Shown here: positions 1 to 8,646 of the stretch, piece by piece
Layout: each line of letters starts with the position of its first letter
How positions within the stretch are numbered: position 1 is the stretch's first letter
NCBI GenBank assembly: GCA_027315135.1
Contig: DAHUYR010000021.1
Location: 1-55,750, forward strand
Source of the DNA: Candidatus Micrarchaeota archaeon
Lineage (GTDB): Archaea > Micrarchaeota > Micrarchaeia > Micrarchaeales > CABMGC01
Direction of reading: 5' to 3'
Length of the DNA stretch: 55,750 bases
Notes under the pieces: generated by a model
Seen by the model: the letters and a program-made list of their open reading frames with translations, nothing else
Database searches by the model: none
What the model was told of the DNA's origin: nothing
Program-made: the position numbers and the translations under genes

Positions 1-117
1 TCAGGATATTTTCAATTGCCAATATCAACAAACACTATTATTATGTTAGTCGTGCTTGTGATTCTCGTAGTGGGGTTCATACTTTACAGAAGGCACCTGA
101 AAAACAAATATGCTTAA
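1..117 (+). CDS. 3' end of a membrane-anchored protein (partial at window edge)
   Basis: Frame 1 is open from base 1 to TAA at 115-117. It translates to ...LPISTNTIIMLVVLVILVVGFILYRRHLKNKYA*, a hydrophobic helix followed by a basic tail. ORFs 9365..9994, 14872..16923 and 24949..25725 have the same C-terminal anchor layout. Confidence 0.4.
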   Translation, partial: SGYFQLPISTNTIIMLVVLVILVVGFILYRRHLKNKYA

Positions 118-1434
118 TCAGGCGCTGTAAGAGGAGCCTTGTTCAGGTGCAACGGCATTGAACTTATGGTCTTTGTTGATGTAATCTACAAATTCGTCAG
201 CCTTTACCTTCTCCCCATGTACGGCATACACGTTCTTCAATCCCTTAAGGGACTTTACGAAGTTAACCAGATGCGGCCTATCCGCATGTGCTGATATATG
301 GTAAGTATTGACCTCCAGTCCTACCTTTATCGTCTTTTCCTCTATCTGTATCTCCTTCTTGCCATCAAACAGCTCCCGTCCAGGAGTGCCTACTGCCTGA
401 TAGCCTACAAGGATAATCTTATTCTTCGCATCCTTTCCCAGAGTCTGCAAATAGTTTACCACAGGGCCTCCTGTAAGCATGCCGCTTGTAGTTACTATTA
501 TGCTTGATTCGCTGCTGTTTATTATGTTCTTACGCTCCCCTCTAGTCTTTATGACGTTGAAGTTGCTGCTCTTGAACGGATCGTCGTCGTTCATCAGAAT
601 CCTTTTCTGCAGTTCATCCCTGCAGTATATGACATTATGCCTATGTATCCGCATCGCCTTCCCTATCATACCGTCTATGTATATAGGCACCTTCTGCAGC
701 CTTCCCGACTTCATATAATCATCAAGGAGCAGCAGTATCTCCTGCGCTCTTCCCACGGCAAAACTAGGCACTATTGCCTTTCCTCCTCTTGTTATCGTGT
801 CATTAAGACTGCCTACCATCAAGTCCATTGTGGCTTTCTCAGGCTTGAATATATCATCCTTTCCGCTGTAAGTGCTCTCTGTAACGAGCGTATCTGCCTT
901 GAGCCCAAGGTTCGACGCTGGTTCAAGGAGCTTGCTTACCGCAAGGTTGAAATCACCTGTGTACAGCAGCCTTGATTTGCTTGATGATGCTTCTATCATC
1001 GCACTTCCAAGGATATGCCCTGCGGTTAGCAGCCTGAACCTAAGGTTATTTATCTTGAATTCTTTGCCATATTCTACTATCTTATGCTTCTTAGTCATAT
1101 TTGCAAGCCCCTGCTTTGTAACATCTTCAGGGTTTGAAATACGCATATAATCGCTTATAAGCACGTTAGTAAGCTCAAACGTTGGCTTTGTTGCGAATGC
1201 AAAACCTTCGTAGCCCATAGAGTATATGTGCGGAAGGTATCCGCTGTGGTCGAGGTGCGCATGGCTCAATATAATGCCATCTACGCTCTTCAACATCTCT
1301 TTATCCAATACTGGAAATTCTATCTTCTTGCCGAGCTTTATGCCTGCGTCAAGAATCACTTTCGTGTTATCTTCTTCTACCATTATGCAGCTTCTGCCGA
1401 CTTCACCGGCAGCGCCTAGGAATGTAACTTTCAA
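118..1434 (-). CDS. Metallo-beta-lactamase / beta-CASP family RNase (short aCPSF2-like form without KH domains)
   Basis: N-terminus MKVTFLGAAGEVGRSCIMV and the HxHxDH motif (SHAHLDHSGYLP). At 438 aa, length and motif order fit archaeal beta-CASP nucleases. TTG start at 1434 overlaps the upstream stop. Confidence 0.85.
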   Translation of the reverse strand: MKVTFLGAAGEVGRSCIMVEEDNTKVILDAGIKLGKKIEFPVLDKEMLKSVDGIILSHAHLDHSGYLPHIYSMGYEGFAFATKPTFELTNVLISDYMRISNPEDVTKQGLANMTKKHKIVEYGKEFKINNLRFRLLTAGHILGSAMIEASSSKSRLLYTGDFNLAVSKLLEPASNLGLKADTLVTESTYSGKDDIFKPEKATMDLMVGSLNDTITRGGKAIVPSFAVGRAQEILLLLDDYMKSGRLQKVPIYIDGMIGKAMRIHRHNVIYCRDELQKRILMNDDDPFKSSNFNVIKTRGERKNIINSSESSIIVTTSGMLTGGPVVNYLQTLGKDAKNKIILVGYQAVGTPGRELFDGKKEIQIEEKTIKVGLEVNTYHISAHADRPHLVNFVKSLKGLKNVYAVHGEKVKADEFVDYINKDHKFNAVAPEQGSSYSA

Positions 1435-1916
1435 TTCATCACCGAACTATCTTCTTCTTTTTTACTTTCTTCTTTGTTTATTATGGCGATGTCTGCAATG
1501 CTTACTTCTTGCGGCTTCTGGGAGTGCCTGTCGTCCCCACGCTGTGGCTCTCTTCTCCTCCTCTCGCTGCCGCTTATCCTTCTCATCTCGTTGTAATAAT
1601 CATCGAGCTTCTTGTTAGAATCCTTAAGCTGTACAACCATCGTCTCTATCTGTTTGTTCATTTCTTCTATTCTTTTGTCTATGAACTCTACTTTCTTCTT
1701 CAGCCTGTAGCTCTTCGTAGCCTCGCTGAGCTCCTTCTCAATCGCATTTCTCTTCCTGATAAGATCCCTTTCAGCATCGAGAGTGAATGCTTCTGTGGAT
1801 ATCCTGAAATCAATATCATTCTTTCTCTTTCTAAGGTACCTTATGTCCTTTGTCTTTTCATGGCTGAGTTGTGCAAGCTTAGACACTGCTGCTTTTTCAT
1901 CAAGTTTGTAAAGCAT
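1431..1916 (-). CDS. Coiled-coil protein of unknown function (K/E/R-rich), 5' end uncertain
   Basis: 161-aa ORF with heptad-like charged sequence. It overlaps the start of the downstream RNase gene by 4 nt. The frame stays open 249 nt upstream of the ATG (see findings). Confidence 0.55.
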   Translation of the reverse strand: MLYKLDEKAAVSKLAQLSHEKTKDIRYLRKRKNDIDFRISTEAFTLDAERDLIRKRNAIEKELSEATKSYRLKKKVEFIDKRIEEMNKQIETMVVQLKDSNKKLDDYYNEMRRISGSERRRREPQRGDDRHSQKPQEVSIADIAIINKEESKKEEDSSVMN

Positions 1917-2077
1917 CCTGCGCTTCGTCGCCCTTATGATATTGGCTATCGAAGCTCCCTTCTTCCTCTCAACTTCAATCTCATTCCTGAGTTCGTCTAA
2001 CCTGCTCTTCTTCTCATCTTTGTGAGGTGCCGGTGCTGCTTCTGCAGCAGCTTTATCGTTTCCGTTCTCTATTCCGC

Positions 2078-3253
2078 TCAGTCTATCGCCTGTTTTGACA
2101 AAAGTAGTTTGTAAACATCTATCAGTTTGTCCGTCATCTTCTCCGAAGAGAAACTGCGTCCTGTATCAATTGCATTTACAATATAAGGTTTAGTATCATT
2201 TAAAACCTTATCTATTTTCTGGGCGCAATGCCTGTAATCTCCTGCACGGAACTTTTCACCATTGAAACCGTTCCTTATCAGCTCCTTTGTCGAGAGATAA
2301 TCTGCTCCGACTACTGGTTTTCCGCAGGCCATCGCCTCTATGGATACTATGCCTTGAGTTTCGAATGTGGACGGCATGCATACCAGGTCCGAAGACGCAT
2401 ACACCTCGGGGAGGGTCCTTTGGTTTACGAACCCTATGAAGTGCACCTTGCTTGCTATGCCTAATTTATGCGCCAGTTCCTTGTAATGCGTTTCAGACGG
2501 GCCCTTGCCTGCAATCACCACCTTTACATGGTCATCCTTGGTCATGAGGAGCTTTGATGCCTTGAGCATCGTTTCTATCCGTTTTTCTGCGGATAGCCTG
2601 CCCACATATAGTATGACCTTGTCTCTTTCCTTTATTCCATACCTTTTCCTTACCCTGCTGCCACTTACTTTGTTGTTGAACTTGGATATGTCTATGCTGT
2701 TAGGCACAACTGAAACATCTCTTATGCCGCTCTTGTAAAGCATATTTTCCACAGTTACTGATGGCGCTATTACACCATCGCATCTCCTATAGAAGAAGCG
2801 TAGGTATTTCTTCATGTAACTGCTTGCAATCTTCTTCACATGCTTGCTCTTCGGATAATAATGCTCCACAATGTACCTGTTGTTCACAAACGTATGGAAT
2901 GATCCTACTACTGGCGTTTGGGACATTCTCCCAGCCATAAGTCCGGAAAATCCCATCGCAAACGGCGTCTGCGCATGTATAACGTCTACTCCAAGAGACC
3001 TGAGCTTTATGGCAGAATTGTACGGGAATATAGCAATACTATACTGCGGATATGGTTTGAAACTAAGCCCTGTATAAAGGAAGGTCTTCTTATCTGAATA
3101 CTCTTTCTTGTTCCTAGGGCTTGCGCTGGCAAACACATAAACATTATGCCCCCTTTTCTCAAGCTCCTTCCTGAAATTTATTATAGAAGTTACGACACCA
3201 TCAACATTGGGCAGATAAGTGTCGGTATAAAAAGCAATACTTAATTTTTCCAT
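2078..3253 (-). CDS. Glycosyltransferase, GT4 (group 1) family
   Basis: N-terminal FYTDTYLPNVDGVV and a C-terminal EX7E-type motif region (FETQGIVSIEAMACGKPVVGAD), typical of GT-B fold GT4 enzymes. Confidence 0.85.
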   Translation of the reverse strand: MEKLSIAFYTDTYLPNVDGVVTSIINFRKELEKRGHNVYVFASASPRNKKEYSDKKTFLYTGLSFKPYPQYSIAIFPYNSAIKLRSLGVDVIHAQTPFAMGFSGLMAGRMSQTPVVGSFHTFVNNRYIVEHYYPKSKHVKKIASSYMKKYLRFFYRRCDGVIAPSVTVENMLYKSGIRDVSVVPNSIDISKFNNKVSGSRVRKRYGIKERDKVILYVGRLSAEKRIETMLKASKLLMTKDDHVKVVIAGKGPSETHYKELAHKLGIASKVHFIGFVNQRTLPEVYASSDLVCMPSTFETQGIVSIEAMACGKPVVGADYLSTKELIRNGFNGEKFRAGDYRHCAQKIDKVLNDTKPYIVNAIDTGRSFSSEKMTDKLIDVYKLLLSKQAID

Positions 3254-3260
3254 GTATACA

Positions 3261-3656
3261 CTAAAGCTTTATGGCTTCTCCTCCTGCTGCCTTTATCTTC
3301 TCTTCTGCCTTCTTGGAAAATGCCTTTGCTGTTATCTTAACAGGTACGCTTATGCTTCCTCTGCTAAGTACCTTGTAATTACGAAGCATTACTTCATTGC
3401 CTTTCCTGAGTTCTTCAATATTCCTCGATATCTCCTCAAGGTTTATCTCCGAATAATTCTTCTTCCTCCAAGGAGCGAATCCAACCTTCCTAATAGAATC
3501 CTTTTCATATACTACTGTATGGGTCCACTTTCCTTTTGTTCCTCCCCTTCCTGTGCCTCCTCTGTCTCCAGAGCCTCTTGCGTTCTTTATGTTTCCTACG
3601 CCCCAGCTCCTGCTTCCGAGGAACTTCCTGCTCTTTTTCTTAATCCTTAATACCAT
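3261..3656 (-). CDS. rpl15: 50S ribosomal protein uL15
   Basis: Gly/Arg-rich N-terminal region GSRSWGVGNIKNARGSGDRGGTGRGGTKGKW. Its size and its position directly downstream of uL30 also fit. Confidence 0.9.
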   Translation of the reverse strand: MVLRIKKKSRKFLGSRSWGVGNIKNARGSGDRGGTGRGGTKGKWTHTVVYEKDSIRKVGFAPWRKKNYSEINLEEISRNIEELRKGNEVMLRNYKVLSRGSISVPVKITAKAFSKKAEEKIKAAGGEAIKL

Positions 3657-3665
3657 AAAAACACT

Positions 3666-4091
3666 TTATGCCATTCTCTTTATCAATGCATTTATTTCAG
3701 CGCCCCTGTATCCAAGGTCACCGCCAGCCTTATAGTTTTGCTTTATGCTGCGGTATCCCTTTCTAGGAGGGTGCATCCTTATTGGCATTGCAATTACCTC
3801 CTTCGGGCTCTTCTTTCCTGATGAAATTTTCTCAATATCTGCCTTCTCAACCTTCATATCCTTTCTCTTTGCAACAAGCTCCAACGTATCGTTGTCTATC
3901 TCTCCGTAGGTGACGAAGTCGCTGCATTTGTTTATCATGCCTATATTCGACCTGTTCCCATAAAGCAGGATCATGCTGTTTACCCTGTTGAGATTCATTC
4001 TCTTCATGGTCTCCTTTATCTCCTGCCTTACTCCTAAGGTTCCTCTTACTCTTACTATGGCAATTAACTTGTTCTCAAGATTTGTCTTCAT
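3666..4091 (-). CDS. rpl30: 50S ribosomal protein uL30
   Basis: IAIVRVRGTLGVRQEIKETMKRMNLNRVN matches the uL30 ferredoxin-like core. It has archaeal length (141 aa) and is adjacent to uL15. Confidence 0.9.
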   Translation of the reverse strand: MKTNLENKLIAIVRVRGTLGVRQEIKETMKRMNLNRVNSMILLYGNRSNIGMINKCSDFVTYGEIDNDTLELVAKRKDMKVEKADIEKISSGKKSPKEVIAMPIRMHPPRKGYRSIKQNYKAGGDLGYRGAEINALIKRMA

Positions 4092-4645
4092 AAATAGACC
4101 CGTATAAAGCCATCGCTGTGCTTTGAATAAAATTCTGTAAGTTTATGTATAACTCAAGGTTTTTATATCTTTACTAAAGCAAGCCATCTCTTACTATGCT
4201 ATGTCTTGCTTGCTATTCTCGCACATAATTATATGTTATGAAGAATCTCAGAAGCAAGCGCTGTCTAACTTTCAAATCAAGAAGCCAATTGAAATCCTTA
4301 AATAATTCAAATGTACAACTTTAGATTATTGGCCTCTCTGTTCCGATTTTAGGATGAGAAATAACTTACTTTCTGAAAATCCTTCAGTTATACTATATGC
4401 TTCTTAGTTCATATACTTTTCGGCAAATCTTTAAAAGGCGGCATCTGCATATTGGCATTTACAAGGCATGTACTGCAAGGAACTACTTCTTCCTGTCCTT
4501 CCCTTGCAGATCCTTGAATACGGCTGTGCCAAGTGTCACACCACCCAGAACAGCCCCGGAAGCGATATACACTATCTTTTCTTCAAAACTGACCCATGCA
4601 TGCCGAACATCATATTGCCTATTCCTGTACTACATATGAATACGT

Positions 4646-5638
4646 CTATTTATGCATAATCTTCAAAATAAGACTAGCTGCATCTCCAGTCCCGTTTTTG
4701 ATATTGATTTCTGTTTTGCTACTGCTTATACTCTTTATATAATCAATAATCCTATTTGCAGAATCTGCGCTGTTTATACTAAACGCTTTGCCTAGTCTCA
4801 TACGTTCTATTATCTTGGAGTTATTTTCCTTTTCAAGATCGCCATCTGACAGGATAATTATTGGTTTTCCAAGCATAACTGTTTCTTCAATAACGGCCAA
4901 TCCGCCATTCACAATTACTACACTAGAGTCTGCAAATGATAACATTGGTTCTTTAACAAATTCCCACATTTGTCTTTTCTGCCCTATCAGTCCTACCTCA
5001 TATCCTTGATTTGAAAGTTTTTTTGCTATCTTCTCCGACATTTTTATCAAGGAAGCATCAGAGCTTGCAGTCATGCATATAGTGATTTTCTTATGCACAT
5101 TTCTTTTTGTTACCTTACTATCAGGAAGTTGGCGTACCATTGGCCCAACGAAATGCACATTTCCTATTGACTTGTTCATTAAAATTCCATGCACTATGGT
5201 AAGGTCAGGCTGCCTGAGCATAGCCTTGCTGATATGTGCGTATCTTCTATAAACTCCGGAATCGCCTTCTATATAAGAAGGTGTACATATATGGACCAAT
5301 TTTACTTCAAGGTTCTTCAGCATGAAGAGCGAATCAATCTCACCGTCCACAACGACAACTTTTGGTGCCAACTTTTGCAACAATGGTATAACATCGTCAC
5401 ATAACTCAAACATGTCCTTCCAAGGCACCCTTGACTTTGTTTTTTCAGGTTTTTTTATTTCATATATGTTCTTAAGATTGAAATTGCGTAGGAAGTCAAG
5501 TCCATTTGCATAGCTGATATATGCACATTTTAAGCGATGCTTTGTCAGTTCCTCCCCCAAAGCGTAGCCAGGGCTCACATGACCTATGCCCGGCATGCCT
5601 CTCAATAAGAATGCTACATCTATTTTGTCTTCTTCCAT
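4646..5638 (-). CDS. GT-B glycosyltransferase, GT1/GT28 (MurG/UDP-glycosyltransferase-like)
   Basis: N-terminal GMPGIGHVSPGYALGEEL (a G-x-G-H loop as in MurG/MGT). The C-terminal VNGGLAVIEETVMLGKPIIILS...NSKIIERMRLGKAF resembles the nucleotide-sugar binding half. Confidence 0.6.
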   Translation of the reverse strand: MEEDKIDVAFLLRGMPGIGHVSPGYALGEELTKHRLKCAYISYANGLDFLRNFNLKNIYEIKKPEKTKSRVPWKDMFELCDDVIPLLQKLAPKVVVVDGEIDSLFMLKNLEVKLVHICTPSYIEGDSGVYRRYAHISKAMLRQPDLTIVHGILMNKSIGNVHFVGPMVRQLPDSKVTKRNVHKKITICMTASSDASLIKMSEKIAKKLSNQGYEVGLIGQKRQMWEFVKEPMLSFADSSVVIVNGGLAVIEETVMLGKPIIILSDGDLEKENNSKIIERMRLGKAFSINSADSANRIIDYIKSISSSKTEINIKNGTGDAASLILKIMHK

Positions 5639-7116
5639 ATCTGCAAGCCTCTGCTACCATTTTTATCAAGGACAAATCCATAGTCATTTAAACAAGTGCT
5701 AATGGCCTGTTCTGCACTGCTGTTTGTTGCCAAGTGCATTGGATGCAGTATATGCTCTTCCCTAAAAAATCTCGTGGTGAGAGCGATTGCACCTCCATTC
5801 TCTACCAAATTTGCAAGTTTAGAAAGCATATCGATTGGTCTAGGAACATGTTCAAGCACATCTGTGCATATCACAAAGTCAAAATCTCTTTTTGTATCGA
5901 TACTCTTACTAATCTCAACGTTAATTCCTTTCCTTGATGCGTACCATCTAACATAGTTAAGAAGTGAATCTGATATATCTACACATGTGGCTCTACAACC
6001 TTTTCCAGCAAGCGTAAAAACGCTATTTGCAAGGCCGCAGCCATAGTCAAGGACAGTTTCATAATTCTCGACAAGTGCGTAATTGTTGATTTCATTATCC
6101 TGCTTGCTCCAATCATCAGAGAGATGGGCAATGGCCAGGTCAAATATATAATTTCGGCTGTTTTCATAGAATTCTACGATTTCCTTTTCCGTTACTGGAA
6201 ATTTCTTAAGCCACTCGTTTCTTACCAGGATAGGGCCTATCATAATATTCTCTATGGTGTCGTTTAATTCCCATTTCAGATATAAGCTTAGTTCTTTAAC
6301 AAGGGCATATTTTTCTGGATTGGAGAGGATACCTGATTTAAATACACCCTTACATCGTTCGCAAAAGATCTCGTTTACCACTACATTTACATTGCAGAGT
6401 TTGCATTTCATCTCAATATTCTCATTCAAGAAGTTCAATATATTGTTTATACTGTCAAGATTGCCTATTCTAAATGTGTAGCCTTTATCAGGATTCACAC
6501 CTAGCCTATCAATAAAACAAAACGGAATGCCGAACTGCATGCACGCACCATCAGCTTCCAATTCATTGCCTATCATTACGGTCTCTTTGGGTTCAATATG
6601 TGTTTTTTCAATCACAAGCCTGAACATCCTTCCAGATTCCTTGTCGGCTTGCATCTCGCCTGTTATAAAAATATCCTTGAAATAAGAATCTATGCCAAGA
6701 CGCTTAAGCATTGCTCTTACAATCCTGCCTTCTCCCCTACTGACCACATACATATCATATTTATTTGCCATATCTGATAGTATTGCATCTGCACTGTCAA
6801 GCAATTTGATATTATCAAGCCTATGTCGCTCCATCTTATCTTTAAACAGTTTTTCCTGTTCTTCAGATAGGCTTATTCCAAGATATTTCCCCAGCCTTCT
6901 CATGACAAAATCCATGCCACCGTGCATCTTCTGACTCTTATTATTCACTTGATCATAATCATTTACGGCTCTGCTGAATGCTTCAGCGAACTCTTCGGCG
7001 CCTATATTAAATCCAAAATCAATCATTGCTTTATAAGCTGCACGATCCACAGTACTCTTCCAACTCTCGTTATCAATCAGCGTTCCACCAATGTCAAAGA
7101 GTATTGTTTTTAGCAT
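5620..7116 (-). CDS. Fusion protein: HAD-superfamily hydrolase + CxxC...CxxC zinc ribbon + class I SAM-dependent methyltransferase
   Basis: HAD motif I LFDIGGTLID and motif IV-like GNELEADG. Central CKLCNVNVVVNEIFCERCKG. C-terminal VLDYGCGLANSVFTLAGKG...CVDIS...FDFVICTDVLEHV is the SAM-binding fold. Confidence 0.75.
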   Translation of the reverse strand: MLKTILFDIGGTLIDNESWKSTVDRAAYKAMIDFGFNIGAEEFAEAFSRAVNDYDQVNNKSQKMHGGMDFVMRRLGKYLGISLSEEQEKLFKDKMERHRLDNIKLLDSADAILSDMANKYDMYVVSRGEGRIVRAMLKRLGIDSYFKDIFITGEMQADKESGRMFRLVIEKTHIEPKETVMIGNELEADGACMQFGIPFCFIDRLGVNPDKGYTFRIGNLDSINNILNFLNENIEMKCKLCNVNVVVNEIFCERCKGVFKSGILSNPEKYALVKELSLYLKWELNDTIENIMIGPILVRNEWLKKFPVTEKEIVEFYENSRNYIFDLAIAHLSDDWSKQDNEINNYALVENYETVLDYGCGLANSVFTLAGKGCRATCVDISDSLLNYVRWYASRKGINVEISKSIDTKRDFDFVICTDVLEHVPRPIDMLSKLANLVENGGAIALTTRFFREEHILHPMHLATNSSAEQAISTCLNDYGFVLDKNGSRGLQIWKKTK

Positions 7117-8070
7117 TCAATCCCTCAAAATGCCCTTGAAAAGTTTTAATGTGATACTAGGGTCTGTAGAATAATGAAACTCATGGCCTATTGAAGGCAG
7201 TTGCTTCAAGCCTTCTAGCTTGCTTTGTAACATATCATCTCTTTCTTTATCTGTGAATACCTGCATGAACCAATCTCTGTGCAGCGGTTTGAAAGAATTC
7301 TGCAAAATTCCTGCAATTTCATATCTCTCTTCCAAGTTAAAAACCGGATGCACTACTATGCTTATCTTGTTAGACATATCTCTGACCGAAAGATAAGCTG
7401 ACATCTCCACATATCTGTCAATATCTAGTTTTAGACCTACATATCTTCCTGCGTTTTTCCTTATCTGCGCAAGAGTGCTTATGGAATAGCTCCTGCCATT
7501 CTCTATCATGCTTCTGTCCTCAGATATTAACTGTATCGGCATCTTTGCATTTATCAGTTGCAACAACAAGGTTGTTTTGCCCTTCCCCGAATCGCCATTA
7601 ACCAGTATGCCTTCAGAACCATGGTTTATTGTTATTGCATGAATTACCGGTCTCGTAGTGGCAAGCTGTATTAATTCCAAAACCCCAACAGTGAAAATCC
7701 GGTAATCCACATCCATGAGAAGCTTGACATCTAAAATTTCATCTTTCCTATCTACTAAGATGTATCCATCACGCTTTGGCACATAGTACACTACCTTATC
7801 CTTGCCAATTTGCTTTACCTCCCAATCTACTGGTTTATCTATACCTCTATACTCAGTTTTAGATGCTGAAGTAAACGCGCCCCTGCCAATACTACTTTCT
7901 TTAGAAACAATACCTATGTTTATCTTGGCAGGCAAATCAAATAACCTTCCAGATCTTCTGTCCATAGCTTGCAAGAAGCTGTCAATTCTTTCATGCAATT
8001 CATTACTTCCTCCATAATGGGTAATTGTTGCCTCGCCAATTTTGGAAGTGATACTGGTGCTTTTAAACAT
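7117..8070 (-). CDS. HPr-kinase-related P-loop protein (HprK C-terminal-domain-like), N-terminal domain unknown
   Basis: HGSEGILVNGDSGKGKTTLLLQLINAKMPIQLISEDRS parallels the HprK/HprK-related kinase signature (G-x-L-x-x-G-x-S-G-x-GKS/T ... acidic pair). It abuts the upstream gene with no gap. Confidence 0.5.
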   Translation of the reverse strand: MFKSTSITSKIGEATITHYGGSNELHERIDSFLQAMDRRSGRLFDLPAKINIGIVSKESSIGRGAFTSASKTEYRGIDKPVDWEVKQIGKDKVVYYVPKRDGYILVDRKDEILDVKLLMDVDYRIFTVGVLELIQLATTRPVIHAITINHGSEGILVNGDSGKGKTTLLLQLINAKMPIQLISEDRSMIENGRSYSISTLAQIRKNAGRYVGLKLDIDRYVEMSAYLSVRDMSNKISIVVHPVFNLEERYEIAGILQNSFKPLHRDWFMQVFTDKERDDMLQSKLEGLKQLPSIGHEFHYSTDPSITLKLFKGILRD

Positions 8071-8133
8071 TTTACATCACACTGCCTATTCCTGCATCTG
8101 CCATGCTTATGAATGCACCAGACGCTGCAAATT

Positions 8134-8285
8134 TGCCTGTCTCTGAAAGCAAATGCTTATTTGCACTATATGCATGCTTAAATTTTTGTACAAATTGCAT
8201 TTTATCATAATCAGCCTAGATTTTATGGTTCTTAAAACTATAACTAACATTCGACGATAGTCTACTAACAAGAACTTACTCCTGC
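8134..8285. repeat. Dispersed repeat family A, copy 1 (~152 bp)
   Basis: By eye it aligns at roughly 85% identity with 17060..17213. Shared blocks are gcctgtctctgaaagcaaatgcttatt, tttttgtacaaattgcattttatca, ttttatggttcttaaaa and agtctactaacaagaacttactcctgc. Confidence 0.85.
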
Positions 8286-8536
8286 CTTTGCAATTCCTTC
8301 CGCTCCTTGAAAATGATTATCGCTGCAGTTGCTCCTGCGATGACTATCCCTGTGCCTATTCCTTCGAAAAGTTTTTCAGGAGAGAGGCTATCAATGCCTG
8401 ATTTTCCTGTTCCGAAAGCCGTTACCACTCCTCCTGCAACAGCACCATAAGCTGTAAAAATAAATCCGTCTAACATTATGCGTCTTCTGTTACGGCTATC
8501 CTGTTCCACTTCAGGTTTTAATCGCATGTTAAACAA
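8276..8536 (-). CDS. Small membrane protein with two glycine-zipper-like hydrophobic segments
   Basis: 86-aa ORF with a basic N-terminus (RNRRR). Two G/A-rich helices (FTAYGAVAGGVVTAFGTG; GIGTGIVIAGATAAIIIF) are followed by a charged tail. Confidence 0.5.
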   Translation of the reverse strand: MFNMRLKPEVEQDSRNRRRIMLDGFIFTAYGAVAGGVVTAFGTGKSGIDSLSPEKLFEGIGTGIVIAGATAAIIIFKERKELQRQE

Positions 8537-8567
8537 CGCAACACGTCGTATACTAAATTATTAAACA

Positions 8568-8646
8568 TTGTGTCAAATCACGTTTAAATCCCGAAAACAT
8601 TTAAACATTACAAAAACAAATTGCGGTTATGGTTCTTAATTACATA
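8568..8646. repeat. Dispersed repeat family B, copy 1 (~79 bp) carrying a TATA-like box and a truncated gene start
   Basis: By eye it aligns at roughly 85% identity with 18734..18812. It contains tttaaaca (8600-8607) about 29 nt before ATG 8629. That ATG opens only a 10-codon ORF (MVLNYIRKQF*). Confidence 0.85.

Noticed and set aside
8276-8536. The 86-aa ORF as a RiPP or lasso-type precursor for the downstream HprK-like/methyltransferase cassette
   Set aside because: The sequence looks like a two-helix glycine-zipper membrane protein, not a leader-core peptide. It is separated from the cassette by ~200 bp containing repeat A1. No cyclase, protease or PqqD-like recognition element is present.
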